Part shown: positions 17,569-29,611 of the stretch, one piece after another
Layout of the letters: each line of letters begins with the position of its first letter
How positions within the stretch are numbered: position 1 is the first letter of the stretch
Source: Nitrososphaeraceae archaeon
Lineage (GTDB): Archaea; Thermoproteota; Nitrososphaeria; Nitrososphaerales; Nitrososphaeraceae
DNA length: 40,603 nt
Reading direction: 5' to 3'
Assembly: GCA_035250975.1 (NCBI GenBank)
Contig: DATFEP010000045.1
Coordinates: 1-40,603, forward strand
Translations under genes and position numbers: made by a program
The notes under the pieces: model-generated
Told to the model about the DNA's origin: nothing
Database searches by the model: none
Seen by the model: the letters and a program-made list of their open reading frames with translations, nothing else

Positions 17569-19203
17569 TTAGTTTATATCCCTTTTTTTCTTTTCTATTT
17601 TTTTTTCGCTAGACAATCTTTCAAATTTGTAAGTGTTAAGATCTACAAATTTTATTCCTTGGCACAATAGTGGATGTACATTTCTTATCTTCTTGTACAT
17701 TTCCTGACAAATGTAACGATAATCAGGGTGTCCTTGTGGCAGTGTCCTTAATTCAATCATATGTGTCGCTTCTCTTAGGTTTAGTTTGATAAAATATGGA
17801 TATCTATAGGCAAAATTTACAACATATTGTGCTTCTTCTGGATTATCTTTAGCAATGATTTTGAAGACTTCATCACATTTATACATACAATCTTTGAAAT
17901 TTTTGGTTATCCCCAATTCAATAATTTCATTAGGAATGTCATATCCGTGTCTGGTTGAGAGTAATTGTCTTTCTAGAGTTAGTATTCTATGTCTGTGAAG
18001 ATCACGAAACATGCCAAAATTAGTGAACATTTCAAATGTATATTCTATCATTTCGAAGGCTCTACCTGGACGTTGTCTTCTATTTGTTCGTAAACTTGTA
18101 TAGGTATTGATTATTTTGTGCCTTTCTTCTTCAGATAATGACTTTACATAATTGATAATTGTTGCTAGAGAATGACCTAAAGCTTGTTGATATAAAATGG
18201 CAGATGCTACTTTAATTTCTGCATCAAAATTATTTTCATAGTATAATAGAGTAATATAATCAGGATTATTATCTGGAATAATCTTAGACAGATGTGTAAA
18301 TGCTAATTCAATAATCCTATTCTTTGTTTCTTTAAGATAATTTTGCATTGATATGCCGTGATTGTTTTTTACTCTATGTATAAATGACGATATTGTTAAA
18401 TCAAGTTCTTCATATAGTTGATCGGCCAAATTATTCATTTCATGTAAAGATGAAGAATACATTTTTGAAAGTAAATATTCAAATGCTCTTCCGTTTCCAG
18501 TGATTCCTAGATTGGTTAATGTAGAAGCAGGTAAAATTCCACGTAAAATATCTAGCGATTTGGCTTTTATTGTACTATTGTATATACGTTGTGCAGATTT
18601 AATATCGTCAGGATCCTTCAAATTATTGAAAAATTTTTCATGATTAGAATATGAATCAAAGAAATGAAAATTTTCTATCGGTTCAATTTCTGATAAAAAT
18701 TTTTGCATTGGTTCAATATTTTCTGAATATGTATCAAAGGCAAAATCACAAGCTTCAATATACATATCAGCATAAGAAGAATCCATGATTTTGTTTTCTC
18801 TTAGATACTTATACTTGCCATTAATTTTTTTGTTAAAAGAAACATAACGTGATGATTTTTCTAGATATGACAACCCTATTCTATGATCTTCAATATTTTT
18901 AGCGGCTATATTAGATATTGATTCAATAGCTAATTGCATTTCTCCTAATTCTGCAACAGAGTCATCACCATATTCTAATAGCACTTTCTTGTAAAATTGT
19001 TCTCCACGATATGGATTTTTTACAAATTCATCTAGAAAGATTCTACGCATTGTTTTATCAGATCTTGAATATCTGGACATTAATGCTCCACGATCGACTT
19101 GTCTGGGTGTTGTTATCGCGAAAATAGGCTTGTCTGTATTGGAAAAATGTGATAAAAGAATTCTTTTTTCATCTTCTGAAAATGAATCAACCGAATTATC
19201 CAA
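17569..19203 (-). CDS. thyX: FAD-dependent thymidylate synthase, tandem-domain ThyX
   Basis: [31 protein letters not shown] in domain 1; [25 protein letters not shown] in domain 2. Confidence 0.92.
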   Translation of the reverse strand: MDNSVDSFSEDEKRILLSHFSNTDKPIFAITTPRQVDRGALMSRYSRSDKTMRRIFLDEFVKNPYRGEQFYKKVLLEYGDDSVAELGEMQLAIESISNIAAKNIEDHRIGLSYLEKSSRYVSFNKKINGKYKYLRENKIMDSSYADMYIEACDFAFDTYSENIEPMQKFLSEIEPIENFHFFDSYSNHEKFFNNLKDPDDIKSAQRIYNSTIKAKSLDILRGILPASTLTNLGITGNGRAFEYLLSKMYSSSLHEMNNLADQLYEELDLTISSFIHRVKNNHGISMQNYLKETKNRIIELAFTHLSKIIPDNNPDYITLLYYENNFDAEIKVASAILYQQALGHSLATIINYVKSLSEEERHKIINTYTSLRTNRRQRPGRAFEMIEYTFEMFTNFGMFRDLHRHRILTLERQLLSTRHGYDIPNEIIELGITKNFKDCMYKCDEVFKIIAKDNPEEAQYVVNFAYRYPYFIKLNLREATHMIELRTLPQGHPDYRYICQEMYKKIRNVHPLLCQGIKFVDLNTYKFERLSSEKKIEKKKRDIN

Positions 19204-19313
19204 CTATTAAGAAATATAATTTGAGTATAATAAATTAAACCAATTCTTAACTGAAAATTAACTTAATTTTTAGAAATAACTACAAAAAAATAAAATAAAA
19301 TTGAGGGTGATTT

Positions 19314-19607
19314 TTAACCTTCTTCCCAACCTGTTTTGAATAATCCGTGCTTCTTTAATGGAATTGGTTGTCCTGGTGTGTAATCCATTGGTCTCATCCA
19401 GAATATTGCCTTTGTTGGACAAACGCCTATACATGCACCATCAGAGATGCATCTTTCTGGATAAAATACAAAGGCTTTACCTCTCTTCCAGCCTTCTACT
19501 GGCTTTACTCTAAGAACATCTGGACCAAGAGCAGTACAAATTTCTACACAAAGTGCACATCCAATACAATGTTGTTCACTAATATCTGGAAGTATTGCTA
19601 CTGGCAT
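19314..19607 (-). CDS. 4Fe-4S dicluster ferredoxin
   Basis: CIGCALCVEIC and CISDGACIGVCP motifs. Confidence 0.95.
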   Translation of the reverse strand: MPVAILPDISEQHCIGCALCVEICTALGPDVLRVKPVEGWKRGKAFVFYPERCISDGACIGVCPTKAIFWMRPMDYTPGQPIPLKKHGLFKTGWEEG

Positions 19608-19763
19608 TTAATTCACTGCTGTTCGGTTCTTGCTGAAACTATTTAAACCCTATGTTGTATGTATAACAGCGATATAATATCAACTTTTGTCATTAGAATT
19701 TGTCATTAGAAGAGAGATTAATATGCATAACCATTTGATAACCAAAAAATTGAGATGTAGTAT

Positions 19764-20264
19764 TCAAATAGAAATTATAGTCATTTTTGATGTATTTGTA
19801 ATATTATTTTTATTGATAAATCCTGATGTTGATACGAATATATATTTAGATGGAATAGTAGTTTTAAATGTACATTTTTGAGGATCTAGAATATTTGGAC
19901 AAGATTTTGCATCTTTTATGATATAGACAAGATTTCCGTGATCATCAAACCACATAATATCTAAATTATATTGTATATTCAACAACCATAATGAATGTAA
20001 GTCTAATAGTGGATATACAAGGATTATTCCAGCATTAGATGGAAATTTATCTTCTCTAAACATTAACCATCTTTGTCTTTCAGCATCAGATTCCGCTATT
20101 TCCACATTTATTATTGAATTGTCTATTTTGATTGTTCCCTTGTCAAAATCTACTGATTTATCTTTAATTTCATCTGGTATGAAAATTATTGGAGTAATTC
20201 CAATTATTCCAATAAAAAAAGATACAACAGCAGCCGGTATTAATACAGCTGCCTTTCGAACCAA
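19764..20264 (-). CDS. DUF192 family membrane-anchored protein
   Basis: N-terminal TM; VEIAESDAERQRWLMFR; LWLLNIQYNLDIMWFD; C...C.T...SKY....SGF. Confidence 0.88.
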   Translation of the reverse strand: MVRKAAVLIPAAVVSFFIGIIGITPIIFIPDEIKDKSVDFDKGTIKIDNSIINVEIAESDAERQRWLMFREDKFPSNAGIILVYPLLDLHSLWLLNIQYNLDIMWFDDHGNLVYIIKDAKSCPNILDPQKCTFKTTIPSKYIFVSTSGFINKNNITNTSKMTIISI

Positions 20265-20398
20265 TAAATCATATAAAAAATCTCTTTGATTTGAATTTTT
20301 CTTTCTGTCTTTATATTTATTATATTAGCAGTTCTATTTTTTATTTTTATTTTTATTTTGACTGTATATTATTATTAAACTAACATGAATTAACTAAA

Positions 20399-22360
20399 CT
20401 ATCGAACAATTTTATTTAATTCATTATACATCTTTTGTATTTCTTCAATAGATGTTCCATCTTCTAGTGTTGTTGTATCACTAATTTTCAAATCACTTAC
20501 TATAGATTTCAGTAACCTTCTCATAATCTTTCCACTTCTTGTTTTTGGAAGCTTATTTACAAAGTATATTTGTTCAGGAGTAGCAATTGGTCCAATACTT
20601 TTCCTTAGATGTTTTACTAATTCTTGATGTAGTTCCTTTGATCCAACAAAACCTGTTTTTAGAACTACAAATGCTACGATGGATTGTCCTTTTGTATTAT
20701 CAGGTTTACTTGTTACGGCAGCTTCACTTACAGATCTATGAGATATAAAAGTACTTTCTAGTTCAATGGTACTCAATCTATGACCAGATACTTTTATTAC
20801 ATCATCTGTCCTTCCTAAAAGCCAGAAATAGGATTCATTATCGATTATTGCATAATCTCCGGTAAAATAGTAAAGATTTTTTTGAAATTTTTTCCAATAA
20901 TTCTTTTTATATTTATCATCATTTTTCCACAACGTCATAAACATTCCAGGCCAAGGTTTTTTAACTACAAGATATCCTTTTTGATTTTCTGACAAATGAT
21001 TATTTTTTTCATCCACCACATCTATATCGATTCCAGGTATGGGAAACATAGCAGAACCTGGCTTCATGGGCATCGTTTCTATTCCGGTACAATGACTAAT
21101 CATTATTCCCCCAGTTTCTGTTTGCCACCAGGTATCAACAATAGCACACCTTTCTTTTCCAATGATCGTGAAATACCACATCCACACTTGTGGATTTATT
21201 GGTTCCCCTACTGTTCCTAGTAATCTTAAGGAGGACAAATTAAATGAGTTAGGAATGTCATTTTCATATCGCATATACGTTCTAAGAGCTGTCGGTGTTG
21301 TATACAAAATACTTACGCCATACTTTTCCACAAGTGCCCAGTACCTATCGGGATGAGGATAATCAGATGTTCCTTCATAAATTAGTTCTGTCACCCCATG
21401 CATTAAAGGAGCATAAACTATGTAACTATGTCCGGTAATCCATCCTATATCAGCTGTACAGAAGAAGATGTCTTGTTTATTAAAGTTGAAAACCCATTTT
21501 GCTGTTGAATAAGTATGTATCAGGTAACCAGCAGTTCCATGTACAACCCCTTTAGGTTTTGCAGTGGTTCCAGAGGTGTAAAGAATAAAGAGAGGATGTG
21601 TACTTTCTACTTGTTCTGGCTGACAATAAGATGGTTGATTTTTAATAATATCATGCCACCATACATCTTTGTCTGTCATATTGACAGGATTTGAAGCTCT
21701 TTTAAATACAACTACATTTTGTACAGATGGAGTATTAGGAATCGTTTGATCAACTATACTTTTTAATTCTAGTAACTTTCCTCTTCTAAACCCACCATCT
21801 GCAGTAATAATTATTTTTGATTCTGCATCATTAATTCTGTCAGCTAATCCTTGCTCGCTAAAACCAGAAAAAACCACATTATGTATAGCACCGATTCTTG
21901 AACATGCTAAGATAGCTATTAGAATTTCTGGAATCATTGGAAGATAAATGGTTACGCGATCTCCCTTTGTAACATTCAGACTCTTTAATGCATTTGAGAA
22001 CTGATTAACATAACAATATAATTGATAATATGTTAGTATTTTACTTTCTCCGTTTTCTCCTTCCCAAATTAATGCAACTTTATTTTTATTATCAGATTCT
22101 ATGTGTTTATCTAAACAATTGACGGAAGCATTCAACGATCCACCATCAAACCATTTTGCAAACGGAGGATTCCATCTAAGTATCTTATCCCAATACTTAA
22201 ACCATAGTAAGTTTTTAGCTTCTTCTGCCCAAAATTTTTCTATATCTTCCAACGATTTGTTTCTTTTTTCTTGAAAGTTTCCATTTTTTAATGTAATTTT
22301 TAAATTCTTGTTTATATAGAATATGTCAGAATATTTTTCCATAGAATGTTTTGCGCACAT
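20399..22360 (-). CDS. acs: Acetyl-CoA synthetase (AMP-forming)
   Basis: [50 protein letters not shown]. True start may be downstream of 22360. Confidence 0.95.
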   Translation of the reverse strand: MCAKHSMEKYSDIFYINKNLKITLKNGNFQEKRNKSLEDIEKFWAEEAKNLLWFKYWDKILRWNPPFAKWFDGGSLNASVNCLDKHIESDNKNKVALIWEGENGESKILTYYQLYCYVNQFSNALKSLNVTKGDRVTIYLPMIPEILIAILACSRIGAIHNVVFSGFSEQGLADRINDAESKIIITADGGFRRGKLLELKSIVDQTIPNTPSVQNVVVFKRASNPVNMTDKDVWWHDIIKNQPSYCQPEQVESTHPLFILYTSGTTAKPKGVVHGTAGYLIHTYSTAKWVFNFNKQDIFFCTADIGWITGHSYIVYAPLMHGVTELIYEGTSDYPHPDRYWALVEKYGVSILYTTPTALRTYMRYENDIPNSFNLSSLRLLGTVGEPINPQVWMWYFTIIGKERCAIVDTWWQTETGGIMISHCTGIETMPMKPGSAMFPIPGIDIDVVDEKNNHLSENQKGYLVVKKPWPGMFMTLWKNDDKYKKNYWKKFQKNLYYFTGDYAIIDNESYFWLLGRTDDVIKVSGHRLSTIELESTFISHRSVSEAAVTSKPDNTKGQSIVAFVVLKTGFVGSKELHQELVKHLRKSIGPIATPEQIYFVNKLPKTRSGKIMRRLLKSIVSDLKISDTTTLEDGTSIEEIQKMYNELNKIVR

Positions 22361-22587
22361 TTTTATATGTATTAAAATTATATCTGGTTAATTAATTATT
22401 ATCGATTGTAAAACTAGTTACTTTAATGATTTTAACCCTTATTTTTATATACTCAAAATACAGAGTTTGTGGAACTATACATCAAATTTATATTTAAAAG
22501 AAAAATGTTTATCTTTTATTATCAATTTACTCTTGAAATAGAATAATGTTATACTACATTCTGGCAATATATTAAAATAAATAATTA

Positions 22588-22860
22588 TTGTGTATGATGA
22601 TCGTGAAATACAGAAGTAGAACAGAAATAGTAGCAATGATACTAGAGGCAGCTAATGGAGGAGCAACGAAGACAAAAATTATGTACAAAGCTTTTCTAAG
22701 TTATGCACAATTAAGGGAGTATCTTTCTGTTTTGATTGAAAACACCCTCTTGGAATATCTTGATGGATCTCAAACGTATAAGACAACAGAAAAAGGACTA
22801 AATTTCCTCAAGATGCATAATGAAATTGGAGAACTATTACAAACTCCAGTAAAATTCTAA
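22588..22860 (+). CDS. Small archaeal winged-helix DNA-binding protein (HTH_45-like)
   Basis: KYRSRTEIVAMIL...ATKTKIMYKAFLSYAQLREYL...YKTTEKG. Confidence 0.92.
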   Translation: MCMMIVKYRSRTEIVAMILEAANGGATKTKIMYKAFLSYAQLREYLSVLIENTLLEYLDGSQTYKTTEKGLNFLKMHNEIGELLQTPVKF

Positions 22861-23104
22861 GAAGTTGGAATAAAAAAAGGCAGAAAAATTACTCTTTTTT
22901 TTATTATTTTTTATAAAACATTGAATTAACAAAAATTAAGATAGATTATTCACTAAATTTGTATTTATCTACATTGTATGTTATATTTTAAGGTAACAAA
23001 ATTTTGACATACTAAGAAAGAGTATTGATCTAATTAGATTTCTAATAAAAAATATTACTTATAAAAAGAGTAATTATAAAAAGAAATTTATTTTTTATTT
23101 TTTG

Positions 23105-24049
23105 CTAACTATTAATTACTTGATCTAGCCAGTTGGTTTCATTATCGGTATCATTGGTTGTAGAATAGTATCTTTCTTTGTTTTGTTTTGTATAGGATTC
23201 TGGTTGAGTATTAGTTGAAACTTGTTTAAATTGTTCAGGTTCTTTTGTATCTTTTGTATCTGTAGTTGGGTCTGTTGTAGGAATATTAGAAGTAGTAGAA
23301 ACTGTATCAGTGGTGTCAATAGTTGTTGTCGTTGTTGTGGTGTCAGTGGAACCGGTGATCAAATTTGTACTAGTATAGGAAGTATTTTCTATTAACTTTT
23401 CTTTCTGTTCTTCTGTTTCATGTTGTTGTGGTATAGAATGAGGTAGTGGTAATGTGTTTTCTAAATTTTGTTCTTCAAGTCGAATTTTTATACTATTAAT
23501 TTCCTCTTTTTCCAAATTAATATGATCCATTAATTCTTTTGTATACCGTGTAACCTGCAGATAGGTTTCTTCAGTAATTTCATTACTTCGGTATTGTAGT
23601 TTAGCGTCAAATAGAATTGATTTAATACCTTTCGTTGATTTATTTAGTTCATCAAGTCTTTCTATCAATTTTTCGTTAATTGATTTTTCTTTATCTTCTA
23701 AATCTTGTAATTTTTTTTCATATCTTGCATAAACTATTTCAACATCTTCTTTCATTGCATCATCTTCTTCAACTAATTTTTGGAGTGCTTTAATCCTCTT
23801 TAGTGTAAGATTCTTTTGCCTAAATAATTTTTGTGCATCTAATCTCCATCTTGGAATGAATATGACATAGTCTCCTTGAACTAATAATTGTTCATAAGCT
23901 AATTGTTTTAAACCGGAATCACCACAATCTACACTAACAGATTCTATAGAACCGTCAGTATCAGTAATTATTCCAATAACTGTTCCCATAAGTGTTCCAT
24001 ACATATCCTTAACTTGTTTACCCACAAATTCGAGCTTTAGTTCGCTCAT
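23105..24049 (-). CDS. cdvA: Cell division protein CdvA
   Basis: N-terminal PRC-barrel (FVGKQVKDMYGTLMGTVIG...IPRW), long coiled coil, Thr-rich disordered tail, short W-containing C-terminal motif. Confidence 0.88.
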   Translation of the reverse strand: MSELKLEFVGKQVKDMYGTLMGTVIGIITDTDGSIESVSVDCGDSGLKQLAYEQLLVQGDYVIFIPRWRLDAQKLFRQKNLTLKRIKALQKLVEEDDAMKEDVEIVYARYEKKLQDLEDKEKSINEKLIERLDELNKSTKGIKSILFDAKLQYRSNEITEETYLQVTRYTKELMDHINLEKEEINSIKIRLEEQNLENTLPLPHSIPQQHETEEQKEKLIENTSYTSTNLITGSTDTTTTTTTIDTTDTVSTTSNIPTTDPTTDTKDTKEPEQFKQVSTNTQPESYTKQNKERYYSTTNDTDNETNWLDQVINS

Positions 24050-24245
24050 GACAAATCGTCAAGAAATACATATAATGATAAGAATGTCAAAATAATTATA
24101 TTATTTAGTCATATTATTTTTTTCATGTAAATTCTAACAATTTTTTTGTTTTGACCACTAAATACTTTTTACAAAAATATTATTATTTATTTATTATCTA
24201 CAATATGATATTATTAGGGATTTTTACTAATTAATTAAATCTTCT

Positions 24246-24983
24246 ATGCTTAAAAAATTATTTGTGATTGGGGTAGGCCCTGGTAATCAAAAATATATTA
24301 CTGAAATGGCAAAAGAGAAAATTGAATTATCTAAGTATATTATAGGCTATAAATATACTTTAAAAACTATTGAAAAACTTATTGATAGAGAAAAACAGAT
24401 TATTTATGAGATAACTATGAAAAATCAAGAATCAATATATCAGTACGTGTATGAAAATATGAAAGATGGAGAATATTGTTTGGTTCCGTTTACAGGAGAT
24501 GTAAATTTTTCTGAATCAGAGGTAGTAGATCGTTTATTAGAAATTTTTGGGGACAAAAATGTTGAAATTATTCCTGGTATAAGCTCTATTCAAATTGCAT
24601 CTTCAAAATCAAGAATACCATTGGATAAATCGTACATCGTGAGTTTTCATATAACTTCTGATATAGAACAAAAAAAAATTGAAATGATAAAAGCAATATT
24701 GGATAAAAAGAGTATTATTTTAGTACCTAGACCCTGGCCAAAAGATCCATTAAAAAATTTTATGGAATCAGATATTGCTTTCTTTTTGAAGGAAAAAGGA
24801 ATCGATACTTCAGAAATAGATGTTTGGGTTTTTGAATATTTGACTGATTGTGATAAAGAGAATATTTTCAGAGGAAAAATTTCTGATCTGGAGAATAAAC
24901 AATTCAGTGATCTTTCAGTGATGGTAATCGATCAGAATAAAAGACAGACATATTTGGATATTTTGAACGATTATGAGATATGA
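24246..24983 (+). CDS. cbiE: Cobalt-precorrin-7 C5-methyltransferase (tetrapyrrole methylase)
   Basis: VIGVGPG, TGDVNFS, IIPGISSIQIA, VWVFEYLT, FSDLSVMVI. Confidence 0.85.
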   Translation: MLKKLFVIGVGPGNQKYITEMAKEKIELSKYIIGYKYTLKTIEKLIDREKQIIYEITMKNQESIYQYVYENMKDGEYCLVPFTGDVNFSESEVVDRLLEIFGDKNVEIIPGISSIQIASSKSRIPLDKSYIVSFHITSDIEQKKIEMIKAILDKKSIILVPRPWPKDPLKNFMESDIAFFLKEKGIDTSEIDVWVFEYLTDCDKENIFRGKISDLENKQFSDLSVMVIDQNKRQTYLDILNDYEI

Positions 24984-25003
24984 AAATAAGATATGAAAAT
25001 AAG
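24976..25003. repeat. 13-bp tandem duplication spanning the cbiE stop
   Basis: AGATATGAAAATA twice plus AG. Confidence 0.85.
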
Positions 25004-25186
25004 CTCAGATATATACTCGAAGGCTTAAAGAAGGCTAATTGTAAATTCAAGACTAATATTATAAAATATTTTATTTAAACGTTAAAAAATTATTTAATTC
25101 GCCTGAAAATTTCCATTAAAGACTTGAAAAGGTAAGTGAATAATTAAAGGTCCGAATTTTAAAATATTGATTTGTTAGACATATAT

Positions 25187-25963
25187 TTATGATATTCCAG
25201 GAAGATTGTTTTTTTGAATTGCACTATTGAAATAATTCATTTGTTGTTCCATAAACTTTTTCCTTTTTTCTTCTTCATCTAACTCCGAAAGATCAATAAA
25301 AGAAAGATTTAATATTCCTAATAATACTTTCAGGATTTCTTGGGCGGTTTTTGGTTGAATTATATCTGGATTATCTATTTCTCCTAGGATGCAAATTGCA
25401 TCCAAGTTGTATTCTTTAGATATTCCTAGAATTAAACCATTAAAACCTGTTATTTGTCCATCGTCTGGTAATGTTTGTATATTTAGATTTTGCAAGAATT
25501 TAACGAGATCTATTTTATTGACAGCAGCATACACAAGTTTCTGGATTGTATTTATTGGTTTTAATGATGCACCAAAAGAATATAGTGTTTTTACATGAAA
25601 TTCCTGAGCCATTTTCAAAACTTCATAACATAATTCATATAGTCTTCGTGGATCAGAAGGATTAAAGTCGCCTGTAAATATGATAATATTATATTTTATA
25701 CTTGCATAAAACTTATAGCTGGACTGAGAATAGTTAATAATCCCTTTGTTATAGGTAACATAAGGAGGCCAAAATGCAAATATTTCTGCAAAAAGCTTTG
25801 TCTCTATTTTATTCAATAATAATTTTTGACATAATCCAGCTACATTGCCCATATCTGGAAGTGCTGCAATAATAATTGGATTCTCTTTAAATTTAGGTTT
25901 ATAATGAATTTTTATTCCTTGCAATATTAGTTTTATCATTATCTTTTTGAACTTATAAATCAA
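25187..25963 (-). CDS. PAC2-family proteasome assembly chaperone
   Basis: AALPDMGNVAG, FTGDFNP, GQITGFNGLILG, ICILGE. Start probably downstream of the listed one. Confidence 0.88.
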   Translation of the reverse strand: MIYKFKKIMIKLILQGIKIHYKPKFKENPIIIAALPDMGNVAGLCQKLLLNKIETKLFAEIFAFWPPYVTYNKGIINYSQSSYKFYASIKYNIIIFTGDFNPSDPRRLYELCYEVLKMAQEFHVKTLYSFGASLKPINTIQKLVYAAVNKIDLVKFLQNLNIQTLPDDGQITGFNGLILGISKEYNLDAICILGEIDNPDIIQPKTAQEILKVLLGILNLSFIDLSELDEEEKRKKFMEQQMNYFNSAIQKNNLPGIS

Positions 25964-26172
25964 TTAATAAAAATGTGTAAGATTGAATTAGCTATTTTAA
26001 AAGATGTGTTTGACTGGTTATTTGATTTACTAACATAATTTTAAATTGTTTAACTATAATTTTAGAAATAAATTCTGAATATATCTGAGATCTTACATAT
26101 TCTATAAATTAATGAGATATTTTTAATAATTTATTTAATTTAATAATTCTTTCGACAATAAATCGATCGCAT

Positions 26173-26691
26173 CTAAATTGGACTTTCTGTAAATTGTTTG
26201 ATCATATTCCATTCTATAAAGGCACCTATTATTAAAAGAGATACAACGATTATAATCTCTATTATAGTTGGCTTAAGAAATTTTTTCCATGAAATTTTTT
26301 TTATAAAGTAATCGTGAATTATCATTCCGCTTCTAGATATAGCCAATCCATATGAAAATATTTCCAAGATACCAAATGGTGTAAGAAGTATCGAAAGAGG
26401 CGAAATATTTTGTAATGCTATATTACTCTGTGCTAATGCACTAAAAACCAATCCAGTACCAAAACCAGAGAGTATTCCAAGCCCTATTCCAAGTCCAGGA
26501 ATAAACATGCCCAAGGCTATGACTACATTATTCAGAAATATTCCAAATTCATCAATGCCTTGTATTTTTGATTCAAATTGTTCTTTTAATATTTTAGATT
26601 GTTCTGAACCAATATCTGAGTAGGCACCAGAAGTATATGAAATAACAAAAACTATCATTCCAATTACAAGATAAAGTAGACGTTGTTTCAA
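26173..26691 (-). CDS. SpoIIM/DUF95 family membrane protein
   Basis: IFLNN..IAL.MFIP, PFGILEIFSY, LLIIGAFIE. Confidence 0.88.
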   Translation of the reverse strand: MKQRLLYLVIGMIVFVISYTSGAYSDIGSEQSKILKEQFESKIQGIDEFGIFLNNVVIALGMFIPGLGIGLGILSGFGTGLVFSALAQSNIALQNISPLSILLTPFGILEIFSYGLAISRSGMIIHDYFIKKISWKKFLKPTIIEIIIVVSLLIIGAFIEWNMIKQFTESPI

Positions 26692-26787
26692 TGACTATCT
26701 ATGAAGAAATTTTTATGGTAATAATACCTTTTTGTTAAAAAAATAGAAATATAATTAAATAAGTTTGGTACATCGTAAGTCTTACAA

Positions 26788-28407
26788 TTGTCTTTACAAA
26801 AAGAAATTTCAAATGTATTATCTTTTATTACTGCTAATGGCTACCAAATACATCCTGATGCATTTACACTTTTAAAAGATATTGATTCAAATAAAATGAA
26901 TGTTATTCAACAAGTAGTAAAATACAAGAAAAAGAATGGTAGTAATACTATTATTGGTATAGATGATATCAAAATTTTTTGCATCGCTGTTGGTCAGAAT
27001 AATTTGGTAAAAAATGATCAAGAGATTATAGAAAAATTTCATACTCACCATGTGGTTTCTAGCTCATCAGTATATCAATCTACAAATTCATCAACTGAAA
27101 ATAATATTGATTTAAAGGATTCCTATAAAGTAATTTTTGATTCAAATGACTATATTAACTCAGGTGAAGGAATAAACGGTTACACTTCACTTTTTAAAAG
27201 TCGTTTTATCAAATCGTTAAAAATCTTATCAACCAGACCAGATAGTAAACGTATTAATAAGATAGCATTTGTAAAAAAAAGTAATAATCAAAAAAAACAA
27301 AATAATAATTTAAACACAGAATATAATGATAAAAAGATAGAAAATAATAATGTCTCTGTGGGTGGATATTCTTCGGTTATTGCAGGTTTGGTAATGTCAA
27401 AGAGATCGAAAAGAAATAGCACAGAATTAATAATAGACGATCAAACTGGAATTATTAATACATTAGCAGTAACTGATGAGACAATAAAACTTGTTTCTAA
27501 ATTGACCCTTGATCAAATGGTAATGGTAGAAATTGAAAACAAGGGAAATAATCATATTATAAAAAATGTTGTTTCTCCAGATATCCCAGATCACATCCCA
27601 AATAAAGGAAAAAGAGAATCATATGCTGTTTTAATTTCAGATCTTCATGTTGGAAGTAAGTATTTCAAAGAAACAGATTTTTTACGATTTTTAACTTGGC
27701 TGAATTCGTCTGATGATGAAATAGTATCTAAAATAAAATTTTTATGTATTGGTGGTGATTTAATAGATGGTGTAGGAATATTTCCGAATCAAGACAAAGA
27801 ATTAAAGTATAATAATACTTTTAAACAAATGAGTCACTTAACAAAATTATTAGAACAAATTCCTAAGAGAATTCAAGTTTTTATTATTCCTGGAAACCAT
27901 GATCTTGGACGAAGAGCGTTACCACAACCCGCAGTTCCTAAAAACGATTGTCCAAGATTGTATTCATTTGAAAATTTTACGATGCTGGGAAATCCTAGTT
28001 TTATTGAACTTGAGGGAGTTAAAATTTTAATGTATCATGGACAGGGATTAGATGATATCATTGCTACAATACCTGGTTTAAGCTATGCAAATCCTGCGGA
28101 CGCAATGAAAATATTATTAAAAGCAAGACATTTGTCTCCGATTTATGGACAAAGGACACCAATTTCTCCTGAATTAGAAGATATGATGGTAATAAATGAG
28201 GTACCTGATGTATTTCATTCGGGACATGTTCATGTTATGGATGTACAAAATTATCGTGGTACATTAATCATTAATTCTGGTACATGGCAGGATCAAACTC
28301 CTTTTCAACAAACTATGGGAATAATGCCTACATCTGGGATCGCAATTTTAGTTAATCTTGCTACTCTTCGTCCTTTTCAGATCACTTTTAATCAAGAATA
28401 TGCATAA
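26788..28407 (+). CDS. polB: DNA polymerase D small subunit DP1 (proofreading exonuclease)
   Basis: OB fold then phosphoesterase motifs SDLHVGS, GDLIDG, PGNHD, YHG, GHVH, NSGTWQ. Confidence 0.96.
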   Translation: MSLQKEISNVLSFITANGYQIHPDAFTLLKDIDSNKMNVIQQVVKYKKKNGSNTIIGIDDIKIFCIAVGQNNLVKNDQEIIEKFHTHHVVSSSSVYQSTNSSTENNIDLKDSYKVIFDSNDYINSGEGINGYTSLFKSRFIKSLKILSTRPDSKRINKIAFVKKSNNQKKQNNNLNTEYNDKKIENNNVSVGGYSSVIAGLVMSKRSKRNSTELIIDDQTGIINTLAVTDETIKLVSKLTLDQMVMVEIENKGNNHIIKNVVSPDIPDHIPNKGKRESYAVLISDLHVGSKYFKETDFLRFLTWLNSSDDEIVSKIKFLCIGGDLIDGVGIFPNQDKELKYNNTFKQMSHLTKLLEQIPKRIQVFIIPGNHDLGRRALPQPAVPKNDCPRLYSFENFTMLGNPSFIELEGVKILMYHGQGLDDIIATIPGLSYANPADAMKILLKARHLSPIYGQRTPISPELEDMMVINEVPDVFHSGHVHVMDVQNYRGTLIINSGTWQDQTPFQQTMGIMPTSGIAILVNLATLRPFQITFNQEYA

Positions 28408-29611
28408 ATGTAAGAAATAATGGATCTTCTTTTAGGGCTTCTTTTAATGTATCTGTAGAAATAGAAATTTTTATTTTCTGTGAACGACCATATCTACCTT
28501 GATTTACTATATTAGTATTGATTAACCCTAATTGATCAAGTTCACTTATAATTTGAGTTATTCTACGTTGACTGAGAGGCTCGTTATCAATTGTTTTACA
28601 ATACTTAGAATATATCTCATAGACTTCGCCAGTATTTCCATTTTTGGATTTAGTAATTGCCAGTAGCACTATTTTTGTATGAGTAGTTGAATTTTTTACC
28701 ACTTCGAAATTTGTATCTTTCTCTATCTTATTTTGAGCCAACCGAATATATTTTTCATCAATTTTAGAATCTTTTTCTCGTTCTGCTATTTCTGCTGCTA
28801 CCCTAAGTAAATCTATCGCTTTTCTAGCATCACCATTATCTTTTCCTGCAATAGCTGCGCAGAGATTAATAGCTCCGTCTGTGACAACATCATCAGAAAA
28901 CGCTAACTTAACTCTCTCTGATAGTATTTTTTGCAGCTGAATAATTTTATATGGATTGAATACAATTTCTTCTTCACTTAAACTGCTACGAACACGAGGA
29001 TCTAATTTATCTTTGAATGTAAGACTGTTTGAAATTCCGATTAATGTAATAAATCCAGAATCTTGAAACTGTTCATTTGCCCTGGTAAAATTATAAAGGA
29101 TATCATCTCCATTTTTATCAACTAGTGAATCAATTTCATCGATAACAAAAATGACATGTAATTTTCTTTTTTGGATGAAATCAAGAATTCTATTAGTTGC
29201 TTCGCCTAAAGACAAACCAGTAAAATAAACTTGGTTTCTTTTTTCGATTTGGTTAATACGCATCTCCTCAGCAATTTCATATAATACTTTGTATGCAGTA
29301 CTTGCTAGTTTCGCATTAACAAACGGTACTATAACTTCAATTCCAAGAGAGAATGATTTTTCCGTGAATTTTCTAATAACATTTTTTATAACAGCTGTCT
29401 TTCCCGTACCCGGTTTTCCAAATAATAATAGATTTGATGGTCTAGAACCCTTTAGAGCTACTGATAATGTTTGTGCAATAGTCATCGTTTCTTCATCACG
29501 AAACTGAAGTTTTTCAGGTACATAATCTATTGTCAGAATTTTACGATTTTTTATTAATGACTTACCTTTTACTGCATCATCAAAGATATTGTTAAGTAAA
29601 TCGTCACTCAA
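28388..29611 (-). CDS. cdc6: Orc1/Cdc6 replication initiator
   Basis: Walker A GKPGTGKT, Walker B VIDEID, LDPRVRSSL, GDARKAIDLLR, C-terminal wHTH with GRYGRS. 20-nt convergent overlap with DP1. Confidence 0.97.
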   Translation of the reverse strand: MSDDLLNNIFDDAVKGKSLIKNRKILTIDYVPEKLQFRDEETMTIAQTLSVALKGSRPSNLLLFGKPGTGKTAVIKNVIRKFTEKSFSLGIEVIVPFVNAKLASTAYKVLYEIAEEMRINQIEKRNQVYFTGLSLGEATNRILDFIQKRKLHVIFVIDEIDSLVDKNGDDILYNFTRANEQFQDSGFITLIGISNSLTFKDKLDPRVRSSLSEEEIVFNPYKIIQLQKILSERVKLAFSDDVVTDGAINLCAAIAGKDNGDARKAIDLLRVAAEIAEREKDSKIDEKYIRLAQNKIEKDTNFEVVKNSTTHTKIVLLAITKSKNGNTGEVYEIYSKYCKTIDNEPLSQRRITQIISELDQLGLINTNIVNQGRYGRSQKIKISISTDTLKEALKEDPLFLTFMHILD

